DNA of 53,937 nt from Alphaproteobacteria bacterium (lineage in GTDB: Bacteria > Pseudomonadota > Alphaproteobacteria > GCA-2746255), in NCBI GenBank assembly GCA_021776275.1, contig JAJFGH010000074.1:1-53937 (forward strand), read 5' to 3'. Each line of letters opens with the position of its first letter. Position 1 is the stretch's first letter. The notes under the pieces were generated by a model that had not been told where the DNA came from, searched no databases, and was given only the letters and a program-made list of their open reading frames with translations. Below are positions 8,838 to 16,356 of the stretch, piece by piece. The position numbers and the translations under genes are program-made.

Positions 8838-10417
8838 TGGCGGAACGCATTCACATCGATGCCGCAAGGCTTGAGAAGGACGAAAGCTTTGCCGCCGATG
8901 TCGCCATCGTCGGCAGCGGCGCCGGCGGCGCCGTGGCGGCCGAAATTCTGGCCCGGGCCGGCCTTCAGGTCGTCTTGATCGAAGCGGGCGGGTACCACAC
9001 GGCGAAAGATTTCAACGGCCGCGAGGGAGAGGCCTTTCGGACGCTCTATTGGGACGCCGCCAGCCGCAAGACGAAAGACAAGGCGATCACCCTGTTGCAG
9101 GGGCGCACGGTCGGCGGCAGCACCGTCGTCAATTGGACGGCAAGCTTCCGCACGCCGCCCGAAACCCTTGCCCATTGGGCCGAAGCCTTTGCCGTAAAGG
9201 AAACGGATGCGGAACACATGGCGCCCTGGTTCGAGATGGTCGAGCGCCGCCTTTCCGTTGCCCCCTGGGACGTTCCGCCGAATGCAAACAACGCGGCCCT
9301 AGGCCGGGGTTGCGAACGCCTTGGATGGCACCATGGCGTCGTACCCAGAAACGTCCGCGATTGCTGGGACCTTGGCTATTGCGGGTATGGCTGCCCGACC
9401 AATGCCAAGCAATCCATGCTTGTCACGACGATCCCGGCAGCGCTTGATCATGGCGCCATCCTCATCAGCCACGCCCGGGCCATGACGGTCGAAACCGAAC
9501 GCGACCGCGTCACTCATGTTGAATGCCTTGCCCTCGATTCCGAAAGCCTGCATCCGACCGGGCGCAAAATTCGCGTCCATGCCAGCCATGTGATCGTTGC
9601 GGGGGGCGGCATCAACGGCCCGGGGCTGCTTTTACGATCCCGGCTTCCGGACCCCCATCGCCGCCTTGGCAAACGCACCTTCCTCCATCCCGTCAACGCC
9701 CTTGCCGGCGAATTGCCGGAAAAAGTTCTGCCGTTTGAGGGCGCACCGCAATCCATCTATTCGGATGCGTTCCTTTGGCGAGACGGCGTCGCCGGAAAAG
9801 CGGGGTACAAGCTTGAAGTGCCGCCGCTCTTTCCCGTCCAGGCGGCCATCGCCATCCCGCTATTCGGCGACATCCATGCAGCGGGCATGGCCGCGCTTCC
9901 CCATACCCATGCCATCCTTGCCTTAATGCGGGACGGATTTCATCCGTCCTTTTCCGGCGGCCGCGTCCTGCTGCAAAGCGACGAAAGCCCCGTGCTGGAT
10001 TACCAAACGAACGCGTTTCACTGGGAGGGCTTTCAGCATGCCTATCTTTCGATGGCGGAGCTTAGCTTTGCCGCCGGCGCAAAATCCGTTTTCCCGGTGC
10101 ATCGGGAAGCAAGGCCCTATGAAAGCTGGCGGGAAGCGAAGCGCGCCATCAAGGAAGGCCTTTCCATGAAACCGCCTCGGGCGCTCGTCTTCTCCGCGCA
10201 CATCATGGGCGGCTGTGCGATGTCGGAGGACGCCAGGCTGGGGGTGGTCGATTCCTTCGGCCGCCACCACCAGATAGAAGGGCTTTCCGTTTTTGACGGG
10301 TCCCTCTTTCCCACAAGCCTCGGCGTCAATCCGCAGATATCGATTTACGCGCTGGTCGCCAGGAACGCGGTACGGCTTGCCGAGGCCCTCGCCGGGCACC
10401 CGGTAGGATTTGCCTAA
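8834..10417 (+). CDS. GMC family FAD-dependent oxidoreductase
   Basis: 527 aa. FAD-binding motif DVAIVGSGAGGAVAAEILARAG and a C-terminal GMC signature region (HIMGGCAM..., DGSLFPTSLGVNPQ). Confidence 0.9.
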   Translation: MMAERIHIDAARLEKDESFAADVAIVGSGAGGAVAAEILARAGLQVVLIEAGGYHTAKDFNGREGEAFRTLYWDAASRKTKDKAITLLQGRTVGGSTVVNWTASFRTPPETLAHWAEAFAVKETDAEHMAPWFEMVERRLSVAPWDVPPNANNAALGRGCERLGWHHGVVPRNVRDCWDLGYCGYGCPTNAKQSMLVTTIPAALDHGAILISHARAMTVETERDRVTHVECLALDSESLHPTGRKIRVHASHVIVAGGGINGPGLLLRSRLPDPHRRLGKRTFLHPVNALAGELPEKVLPFEGAPQSIYSDAFLWRDGVAGKAGYKLEVPPLFPVQAAIAIPLFGDIHAAGMAALPHTHAILALMRDGFHPSFSGGRVLLQSDESPVLDYQTNAFHWEGFQHAYLSMAELSFAAGAKSVFPVHREARPYESWREAKRAIKEGLSMKPPRALVFSAHIMGGCAMSEDARLGVVDSFGRHHQIEGLSVFDGSLFPTSLGVNPQISIYALVARNAVRLAEALAGHPVGFA

Positions 10418-10437
10418 CCGATTGAAAGAATTCTCTT

Positions 10438-11433
10438 TTAATCGACGTGGATCACGCCTTTGGGGTAGAAGGCACGAAAGGCGAAGGCGAAGCTTATGTC
10501 GTGCACGGCGTCTTCCAGGCCATCGTCCGTTTTTCGCTGCACAACCACGTTGCCGATATCGCGCCCTTCGCGGATGCGCTCCGTATCAAGCGCCGAGTTC
10601 TGACCCGTTTCCCAGGTGAGCACCAGATCCCCGACGACGATCTTTCCACGATTCTGGAGAAGCCGCAGGCTCCATGCCTCGCCCCCCACCGAGACCACCC
10701 GTTCCAAAGGCGGCAGATTGGACGGCAGATCGCCTTTATACAGAAACGGAAGCTGGCTGCTGTCGTAGCTGACATAGGGATTGTAGCCATAGGCACGCAT
10801 GCTTGCCGAATTCGGGATAAGCACCCTTCCCTTCGGCGCCCGCTTCCGAAACTTCGCAAAAGATTCGACCCGCGAAGGAATCATTTTCAAAGTTTCGCCC
10901 GTATATGCCCCGACAATACCCATGCCTGTAAATTGCTGCCACCAGCTTTCCGTCTGACGGTCATACATGACGAGATCCGAATTTCGAAGCTTGCCCGTCG
11001 TGCCAAAATCCAGGACGACTCCATCCAAGCGGCGATCGAAGACAATTGCGGAATTGCAAAGCGGACAAAAGGTAACGGCAAGCGGCACGCTACCGATCTG
11101 GTCGTTCACAATCTCGTGCCACATGAGGATCTGCAAAGGATAGGCGCGCGCCTCATCGCCAATGACGACGCTTACAACCGGTTCGTCATTGCCGATTGCC
11201 GTAATGGAATCCACCGATTTAAATTTCGGATTGTTGACCGCAGGGATGCCGTCCTTCGATGGCCCGCCGGAAACAATGTCGTTGAAATCAATCGACGTCT
11301 TTGCAAAATCCGTTTTCGGCCATTCCCCACGCCAGCGCCGAAGGTCGCTGGCCGCCGCTTCGTTCCCAGGGAAAAAAGATTGGGCGGATACGCAAAATAT
11401 GAAAATGCCCGCAATGAAAAGAAAAGCCTTCAT
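10438..11433 (-). CDS. DUF3179 domain-containing secreted protein
   Basis: DGIPAVNNPKF, AYPLQILMWHEIVND, FCPLCNS and TGKLRNSDLVMYDRQTESWWQQ are hallmark DUF3179 motifs. Start chosen at MKAFLF (11433) after an AGGGG ribosome-binding site. Confidence 0.85.
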   Translation of the reverse strand: MKAFLFIAGIFIFCVSAQSFFPGNEAAASDLRRWRGEWPKTDFAKTSIDFNDIVSGGPSKDGIPAVNNPKFKSVDSITAIGNDEPVVSVVIGDEARAYPLQILMWHEIVNDQIGSVPLAVTFCPLCNSAIVFDRRLDGVVLDFGTTGKLRNSDLVMYDRQTESWWQQFTGMGIVGAYTGETLKMIPSRVESFAKFRKRAPKGRVLIPNSASMRAYGYNPYVSYDSSQLPFLYKGDLPSNLPPLERVVSVGGEAWSLRLLQNRGKIVVGDLVLTWETGQNSALDTERIREGRDIGNVVVQRKTDDGLEDAVHDISFAFAFRAFYPKGVIHVD

Positions 11434-11556
11434 CCAACCCCTACACATCACCGTCCTTCCCCTTCGCTTTTGCCGCTACCGGGCGGTGCATCGCAGGATG
11501 CAAAACCGCACCGGCAGGGCATGGGTTTTTCCGAGCAATCGACGCCGAATTTCGTT

Positions 11557-12414
11557 TTATTTCTTCCGGTATTCTTCCGGCAGAAACATCAAATGGTCGT
11601 AATCTTCCGCGGCGGCATGGCAGGCAATGCAGAATTCGACCTTGTCGGAGCCTTTTCCGTTCGTCGTCCCAAGGATCTGCCCGTTCGGAAGGACCATCGT
11701 GTAGCGCCAATCCCCACTGGCCGGATTGAAGCCAGAGCCCATTTTCTCCATGACGAAAAGCGGCCCGATGGGCGAGGCGGCGGCCGCCCCACAAGGGTTG
11801 CATGGGTTGCAACTGTTTGCCGCGCATGGGTTTTTCGCCGCGCATGGGTTGCATGGGTTGCAGCCCTTTGCCGCAGCGGCTGTGAAGCTGTCTTTTACAA
11901 GGATGGCCCCTTCCGGCAACCGGCCGGCATCTTCGTATTTCCCGTAAGCGCCCGCCTTTGCATTGGCGTAATTGTTCACATAACGCCCGCCATGGGTGCC
12001 GGAATTGTAAGGGACGGTGTTGTAGCGCTTCCAGGTTTGATAGGTCGCGGCATAGGGAAGGCCGGATTTCTTGTAGGCCTTCATCATCCCATGCTTCTGG
12101 GCCTTATAAAGGGCCGCAGCTGCCGCGTCCGAAAGTTCCGGCCCCGCCGCTGCGCCACATGGACCGCAGGGGCTACAAGGGCCGCAGGGGTTGCAGCCCT
12201 TTGCCGCGCACGGGTTTTTTGCCGCGCAGGGGTTCTTCGCTGCACACGGGTTTTTGCTGCTGGTGCTTTTGGAATAGCCCGCCAACTGGTCGGCCTGCGC
12301 CGGGGGTCCGGCCAAGGTCACGCTTATCGCGATGACCCCTGCGCCAACCATCATGGGAAGCACGGTCCCCGATAGCAAAGCGGATTTGAGGGGTTTTTGG
12401 GAATCGGTCCGCAT
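11557..12414 (-). CDS. Cytochrome P460 family protein carrying two Cys-rich (N/G/S)PC repeat insertions
   Basis: 285 aa with a signal peptide. CIACH heme motif (nt 11617-11631) followed by DYDHLMFLPEEY. Paralogous to 6101..6739. Repeat blocks KNPCAAKNPCAAKNPCAAKGCNPCGPCSPCGPCG and KGCNPCNPCAAKNPCAANSCNPCNPCG. Confidence 0.8.
   Translation of the reverse strand: MRTDSQKPLKSALLSGTVLPMMVGAGVIAISVTLAGPPAQADQLAGYSKSTSSKNPCAAKNPCAAKNPCAAKGCNPCGPCSPCGPCGAAAGPELSDAAAAALYKAQKHGMMKAYKKSGLPYAATYQTWKRYNTVPYNSGTHGGRYVNNYANAKAGAYGKYEDAGRLPEGAILVKDSFTAAAAKGCNPCNPCAAKNPCAANSCNPCNPCGAAAASPIGPLFVMEKMGSGFNPASGDWRYTMVLPNGQILGTTNGKGSDKVEFCIACHAAAEDYDHLMFLPEEYRKK
11788..11868 (-). repeat. Coding tandem repeat 2: CNPCNPCAAKNPCAANSCNPCNPC
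   Basis: Residues 183-209. It replaces a loop that is non-repetitive in the paralog at 6101..6739. Confidence 0.85.
12154..12255 (-). repeat. Coding tandem repeat 1: (KNPCAA)n / (G/S)PC units
   Basis: Residues 54-87 of the P460-like protein. The DNA shows near-tandem 18-nt and 9-nt units (gcgcacgggttttttgcc / gcgcaggggttcttcgct ...). Confidence 0.85.
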
Positions 12415-12669
12415 CGAATTCTCCTGCTTACTGGAGTTTAAAAACTCGTTTCCAACTTTCCTTTCGTTTTTCTCCTAGGCGCGTTCCAGCCCAAGAGTCC
12501 CCATTGGTCCGTAAGCAAGGTCGATTTGCCGTGAGTGGCATAGCGTTCGAGCGGGATTTTATCGGCATGGGCAAGGCCGTTCAAACGGCGTGCGATCACA
12601 ACTTTGTGAGACGGCCGCAAACGCGAAAGGGGGGGGGCCATGTCCGGTTTTCTTCGATTTACCGCATTT

Positions 12670-13827
12670 CTAGCAGCATTCCCCATCGGATCCGCAAAGG
12701 TCCGCTTCTTCCGTAGTGGCGTCGTACGCCACCCCTTTTGTCTCCCTTGGGTGCCGCGCAACGGTCCGCGAGCAATCGAAGGGGGCGGCCTCATCGAGGG
12801 GAATAGCCACTCGGGGCGGCACCGGATAAACGTCCTCCGCATAGGGAGCGGAGGTGAAAATCCGGTAGGTCTTGTCGCAAACCGCCGCCGGCACGCCGCG
12901 CTGCAAGACATGGCCGTCGTCGTCTTGAACTTCGCGCCATGGGCCTTTGTAGACGACGGCCTGATTGCGCTCCCAACAGGCCCCTTCTTTGCCCTTATGC
13001 GCCGTGACGGTCACCGAACGAAACTCGATGCCCTCCACTGTCCGCCAAGGCTCCGCATCGCGCTTTGCGAGGGAAATCCCGTAGAAGCCCGCCTCTTCAA
13101 AGGCGCGCAGGAACGCGCTTTCCTGAAAGGCTCCGGAAATGCACCCGGACCAAAGCTCGGCATCCTCGCGGAGCTGGGCCGGCACTTCCTCGTCCGACAC
13201 GATATCGGAAATCGCGACGCGGCCGCCCACCTTCAACACCCGGTACATTTCCTGAAAAAGCTGCTTTTTCTCATCGGGATGGACGAGGTTCAGCACGCAA
13301 TTCGAAACGATGACGTCGACATGGCTGTCGGGGACAAGCGGCGTCATGTCCTCGCGGCGGAAACGCTCAAGCGCGCCATAATCGGCATAATTCGCGATTG
13401 GTTTTTCTGCGATCTTCTTTTCAAGCGCGGCAATGTCCGTCCGCAAATCCTGAATACGCCCCCGGTGAAAAGTCACATTGTCCCAGCCGATACGCTTCGC
13501 GATTTCCGAACGGTGCTTTTCCGCAAGCGCCAGCATATCGGGGTTGAAATCAACGCCAATCACCCGGCCCGCGGCGCCGACAATCTGAGAGAGAATGTAA
13601 CAGGCCTTGCCGCCGCCGCTTCCCAGATCGAGCACGGTTTCGCCCTCGCGGACGTAGGGCGTGGGATCGCCGCAGCCATAATCCCTTTCAAGAATTTCGT
13701 CCGGAATAACCTTGAGGTAGGCGGGGTTGTACGAAATGGGGCAGCAAAGCGCTTCCTCTCGAATTTTCGACGCATCCGCATAGCGGCGTAAAACTTCGCT
13801 GTCTTTATCAAGCGTGGCTGTCGTCAT
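12670..13827 (-). CDS. SAM-dependent methyltransferase, ArsM-like (arsenite methyltransferase family)
   Basis: Start ATG 13827 after an AAGGAGG ribosome-binding site. N-terminal CCP...YGCGDP cysteine motifs, SAM motif VLDLGSGGGKACY, and a C-terminal CGSDGECC. Confidence 0.8.
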   Translation of the reverse strand: MTTATLDKDSEVLRRYADASKIREEALCCPISYNPAYLKVIPDEILERDYGCGDPTPYVREGETVLDLGSGGGKACYILSQIVGAAGRVIGVDFNPDMLALAEKHRSEIAKRIGWDNVTFHRGRIQDLRTDIAALEKKIAEKPIANYADYGALERFRREDMTPLVPDSHVDVIVSNCVLNLVHPDEKKQLFQEMYRVLKVGGRVAISDIVSDEEVPAQLREDAELWSGCISGAFQESAFLRAFEEAGFYGISLAKRDAEPWRTVEGIEFRSVTVTAHKGKEGACWERNQAVVYKGPWREVQDDDGHVLQRGVPAAVCDKTYRIFTSAPYAEDVYPVPPRVAIPLDEAAPFDCSRTVARHPRETKGVAYDATTEEADLCGSDGECC

Positions 13828-13864
13828 TTGCGTCGGCCTCCTTGGCAGAGCTGAAGAACGGCTG

Positions 13865-13942
13865 TTACAGGTAGTTCGCAGCCAACCACCATAGGATGGC
13901 AAAAATCGCCGCTATGATCGTAAATTTGAATCGGGAAGCCAT
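13865..13942 (-). CDS. Possible 25-aa hydrophobic micro-protein (MASRFKFTIIAAIFAILWWLAANYL)
   Basis: ATG with a GAGG ribosome-binding site 6-7 nt upstream, one predicted TM helix, and a stop 37 nt upstream of the ArsM-like start. No homology evidence. Confidence 0.3.
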   Translation of the reverse strand: MASRFKFTIIAAIFAILWWLAANYL

Positions 13943-14152
13943 CGAAACCTCGTCGCTTGCGAGCGCCCAAAGGCGGGCACTCCCTCCCTCTAATTTCACC
14001 AGAAAGGCTGTGCCGACAAGGGCGTTTCATAACCTTTTGGGATGTCAGAAGAATTTTTGAGAAACCTGGGCTGCATGCGTCGCTTTTGAGCGGGCCAGCC
14101 TTGCGCTATCTTTAGAATTGTCCCCACAATAGCAACGCGACAAGGAGGAGCC

Positions 14153-16339
14153 GTGTTACCTCGCATCCATTATGCGTCACCTCGCTGTCTTAAATTGCTC
14201 CTTGCGATGCTTGCCATCGCTTGTGCCACAATTTTTGTTTCCCGGTCAGCCTTGGCAGAAACCCGCTACGCCCTTTTGGTGGGCGTGAACGATTATGAAA
14301 GCCTACCGGCTTATCTGCAATTAAAAGGCCCGCGGAACGACGTGGAATTGGTTGCCGGCGTCCTTCAGGAAAATGGGTTTGAAGAATCCCACATCACCCT
14401 CCTGACGGACGGGCTGGAGGGCGCAAAAAAACCAACGCGCGCTGCTATTCTCTCCGAGCTTGGAAAGCTGGCCGCCAACGTTAAGAAAAAAGATTTTGTC
14501 TATCTCCATTTTTCCGGCCATGGCTCGCAACAGCCCATAAACCCTACGGCCAAAGGCACCGCCTGGGAGACGGACGGCCTTGATGAAATTTTTCTGCCAG
14601 GTGACATCGGCAAATGGGACAACGCCATCGGCAAGGTTGCGCGTTCGATCACGGATGACGAGCTGGGCGCTGCAATCACGAAAATTCGCAATCGCGGCGC
14701 TTTCGTTTGGGCGGTTTTCGATGCCTGCCACTCGGGAACCATGACGCGCGGCCTGCCCTCGGGTGAAGAAGCCATGCGTTTACGAAAAGTAGCGCCATCC
14801 AGCCTTGCCATTCCGGATTCGCTCTTCGAATCCGACATATCCTCTCTGCCGTCTTCGGCTAGGGAGGAAGGGCCAGGGTTTATGGAGGAAGCGGGTGGCT
14901 ACGTTGCCTTCTTTGCCGTGCAGACGACGGAAACGACACCGGAAATGCGCTTGCCGGCAGGCCATCCGGAACGCCGTTCCCAAGGTTTATTCACCTTCAC
15001 GGTGATGCAGGCGCTGGCCACGGACCCAGACGTGACCTATCGGCAACTTGGAGAGCGTGTGCTGCAGATTTATGCGTCCCAAAACCGCCGCAATCATACG
15101 CCCCTGTTCGAAGGAAGCGCACTGGACGCCCCGCTCTTCGGTAGCCGCCCGCAGCGCCAGGCGCGGCAATGGAAGGCCAAACGGAAAGACGATCTCCTCT
15201 ACATTGCCGCCGGCAGCCTTCATCAATTGGCGGAAGGGTCCATTTTCGCCATCGTAGCGAAGGCCAATTCGAGCCAGGACGCGGTTTTAGGCTATGTCCG
15301 CCTTGAAAAAGCGAACGTGTTGCAAAGCAGGCTTCTTCCCATTGCCCATCGGGGCGTCCCGGCCTTGGCATCAACGGACATCCCGGATCACGCTTATGCC
15401 CGTCTGGCATCCCAGCGCTTCACGCCCGGCATTCGAATAGCCAAGCCCCCTGCATCCACACCACCGTCACCGATAGACCGTGAAGTTGCATCGCTCCTCG
15501 ATGCGCTTGCCAAGGCATTGGGGAAAAAGGAGGACGGCATCGCCATCACGTGGGTTCCGCCGAACCAGATGGCGGATATCCGCTTGGCGATCGGAGAATC
15601 GCCGGACACCGCCGGCCCCGTTCTCTGGCTGTTGCCGCCGTCGAGCGAAATCGTAACGGAGGGTGCCGGCAAAACCCATTCCATCGCCCTGAACGCAGGC
15701 CGGGATGCCATCTACGAAAAGCTGGAGACAAGCTTTATGCGGATGGCCAAAATGTTCAACCTCTTGAAGCTTGCAAGCCAACTTTCCACAAGCCGGACCG
15801 CCAAAAAAATCGAGCTTTCGGCGAAAGTCACACGGGCGGGTACGGGAAAAACGGAACGCTATTTTCCTTCCGACATTCCCTATTTCCAGGCCAGCGATGT
15901 TGTCGAATTTGCAATCGCGAACCCAGGCCCCCTGCCTTTGGATCTGACCCTTCTGTTCGTCGATACCGATTTTGGCATCACGCCCCTTTTCCCCACCGAA
16001 GCGGGCGAAATCAACCGCATCGAAGCAGGGGGATTCTACACATTGCAAACCGAGGTAAATGCCGAGACGGTCGGCCTGGAACGCCTGATCGTAATCGCCG
16101 TCGAGGCCGAGGCGAACGCGCCGCTTGTTGAGTTCACTTTCCTTGCACAAGCGAGCCTTCCGCGCACGCGCGGGAGGAAGTCGAATGATTCCGCCACGCG
16201 TCCAAATGCCGAATTGGAAGCCATGTTCCGTCACGCGGGTTTCAACCCCCCACGAACGCGCGGACTGACTCCAGAGCGATCAACGTCGGAACGGGCCGGC
16301 ATGCGGATCTTCAGCTGGCAGACCTTGCCGCCGAAATAA
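14153..16339 (+). CDS. Secreted caspase-family (peptidase C14) protein with a C-terminal DUF4384-like domain
   Basis: Signal peptide, YALLVGVNDY, catalytic dyad contexts LHFSGHG and FDACHSG. The C-terminal segment ASDVVEFAIANPGPLPLDLTLLFVDTDFGITPLFP resembles DUF4384. Confidence 0.9.
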   Translation: MLPRIHYASPRCLKLLLAMLAIACATIFVSRSALAETRYALLVGVNDYESLPAYLQLKGPRNDVELVAGVLQENGFEESHITLLTDGLEGAKKPTRAAILSELGKLAANVKKKDFVYLHFSGHGSQQPINPTAKGTAWETDGLDEIFLPGDIGKWDNAIGKVARSITDDELGAAITKIRNRGAFVWAVFDACHSGTMTRGLPSGEEAMRLRKVAPSSLAIPDSLFESDISSLPSSAREEGPGFMEEAGGYVAFFAVQTTETTPEMRLPAGHPERRSQGLFTFTVMQALATDPDVTYRQLGERVLQIYASQNRRNHTPLFEGSALDAPLFGSRPQRQARQWKAKRKDDLLYIAAGSLHQLAEGSIFAIVAKANSSQDAVLGYVRLEKANVLQSRLLPIAHRGVPALASTDIPDHAYARLASQRFTPGIRIAKPPASTPPSPIDREVASLLDALAKALGKKEDGIAITWVPPNQMADIRLAIGESPDTAGPVLWLLPPSSEIVTEGAGKTHSIALNAGRDAIYEKLETSFMRMAKMFNLLKLASQLSTSRTAKKIELSAKVTRAGTGKTERYFPSDIPYFQASDVVEFAIANPGPLPLDLTLLFVDTDFGITPLFPTEAGEINRIEAGGFYTLQTEVNAETVGLERLIVIAVEAEANAPLVEFTFLAQASLPRTRGRKSNDSATRPNAELEAMFRHAGFNPPRTRGLTPERSTSERAGMRIFSWQTLPPK

Positions 16340-16356
16340 CGAAAAGACGGCGCGTC

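Noticed and set aside
11788-12255. Short tandem DNA repeats that could be mistaken for a CRISPR or VNTR locus
   Set aside because: The repeats are in frame inside a well-supported CDS and encode NPC/GPC peptide repeats. There is no repeat-spacer architecture and no cas genes.
10447-12375. 642-aa plus-strand ORF spanning the DUF3179 and P460-like genes
   Set aside because: It is antisense to two well-supported minus-strand genes, has Arg/Pro/Gly-rich low-information composition and shows no recognisable motifs. This is a typical high-GC shadow ORF. The same reasoning applies to 16717..18429(+), 12640..13791(+), 7020..7970(+), 28249..29475(+), 31315..32118(+), 34904..35887(+), 36653..37453(+), 38524..39438(+), 42641..43477(+), 43750..44631(+), 44641..45567(-), 21688..22464(-), 22434..23300(-) and 19533..20276(-).
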